From: Methanofollis aquaemaris
GTDB lineage: Archaea; Halobacteriota; Methanomicrobia; Methanomicrobiales; Methanofollaceae
Length of the DNA stretch: 24,000 nucleotides
Assembly (NCBI RefSeq): GCF_017357525.1
Contig: NZ_CP036172.1
Location: forward strand, 818,561 to 842,560
Direction of reading: 5' to 3'
Part shown: positions 23,965-24,000 of the stretch, piece after piece
Position numbering within the stretch: the first letter of the stretch is position 1
How the letters are laid out: the number at the start of each line of letters is the position of its first letter
Position numbers and translations under genes: made by a program
The notes under the pieces: generated by a model
What the model saw: only the letters and a program-made list of their open reading frames with translations
Databases searched by the model: none
What the model was told of the DNA's origin: nothing

Positions 23965-24000
23965 GGCTCATCTCCCCCCACATGCCGGACAGGCCGGCAC

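Noticed and set aside
1-24000. CRISPR arrays, rRNA genes, IS elements or transposases.
   Set aside because: No regularly spaced direct repeats, no rRNA-like conserved blocks, and no transposase- or integrase-like ORFs were seen on either strand.

Overview
High-GC archaeal chromosome fragment, almost certainly from a methanogen. Support: a coenzyme F430 operon (cfbA-cfbE-cfbD-cfbB), a CitG-like/DUF447 gene set of the kind I recall from H4MPT gene islands, and DUF1628 archaeal pilins. It looks Methanomicrobiales-like, but the genus cannot be determined here. The ORF track counts GTG/TTG as starts, so several starts were re-picked by hand. Housekeeping content: tRNA-Glu(UUC), a PRC-barrel protein, ilvE, cfbBDEA, a TIM-barrel/CitG-like/DUF447 operon and thiD. 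Accessory content: two low-GC toxin-antitoxin modules (RelE-type and HicAB) plus a HicB-like fragment, two pilin genes with membrane proteins, and a large GT-C-like membrane protein carrying a perfect 24-bp in-frame tandem duplication. The most interesting region is 1-7911. A 56-aa small ORF with a Shine-Dalgarno (SD) site (4622-4792), too short for the ORF track, has a lasso/RRE-style YxxPxL leader and a Gly/Ser/Ala/Cys-rich core. It is followed on the same strand by an HprK-like P-loop kinase, a soluble Ser/His S26-type peptidase with a conserved Arg-rich C-terminal extension, and a PF14907-like nucleotidyltransferase. The peptidase-nucleotidyltransferase pair, plus a secreted protein, is present a second time at the left edge of the window as a diverged segmental duplication. 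No lasso cyclase, B1/B2 protein, radical SAM enzyme or stand-alone PqqD is visible. This therefore looks like an undescribed RiPP-like (ribosomal peptide modification) cassette in an archaeon. All family assignments are motif recognition by eye; no searches were run.
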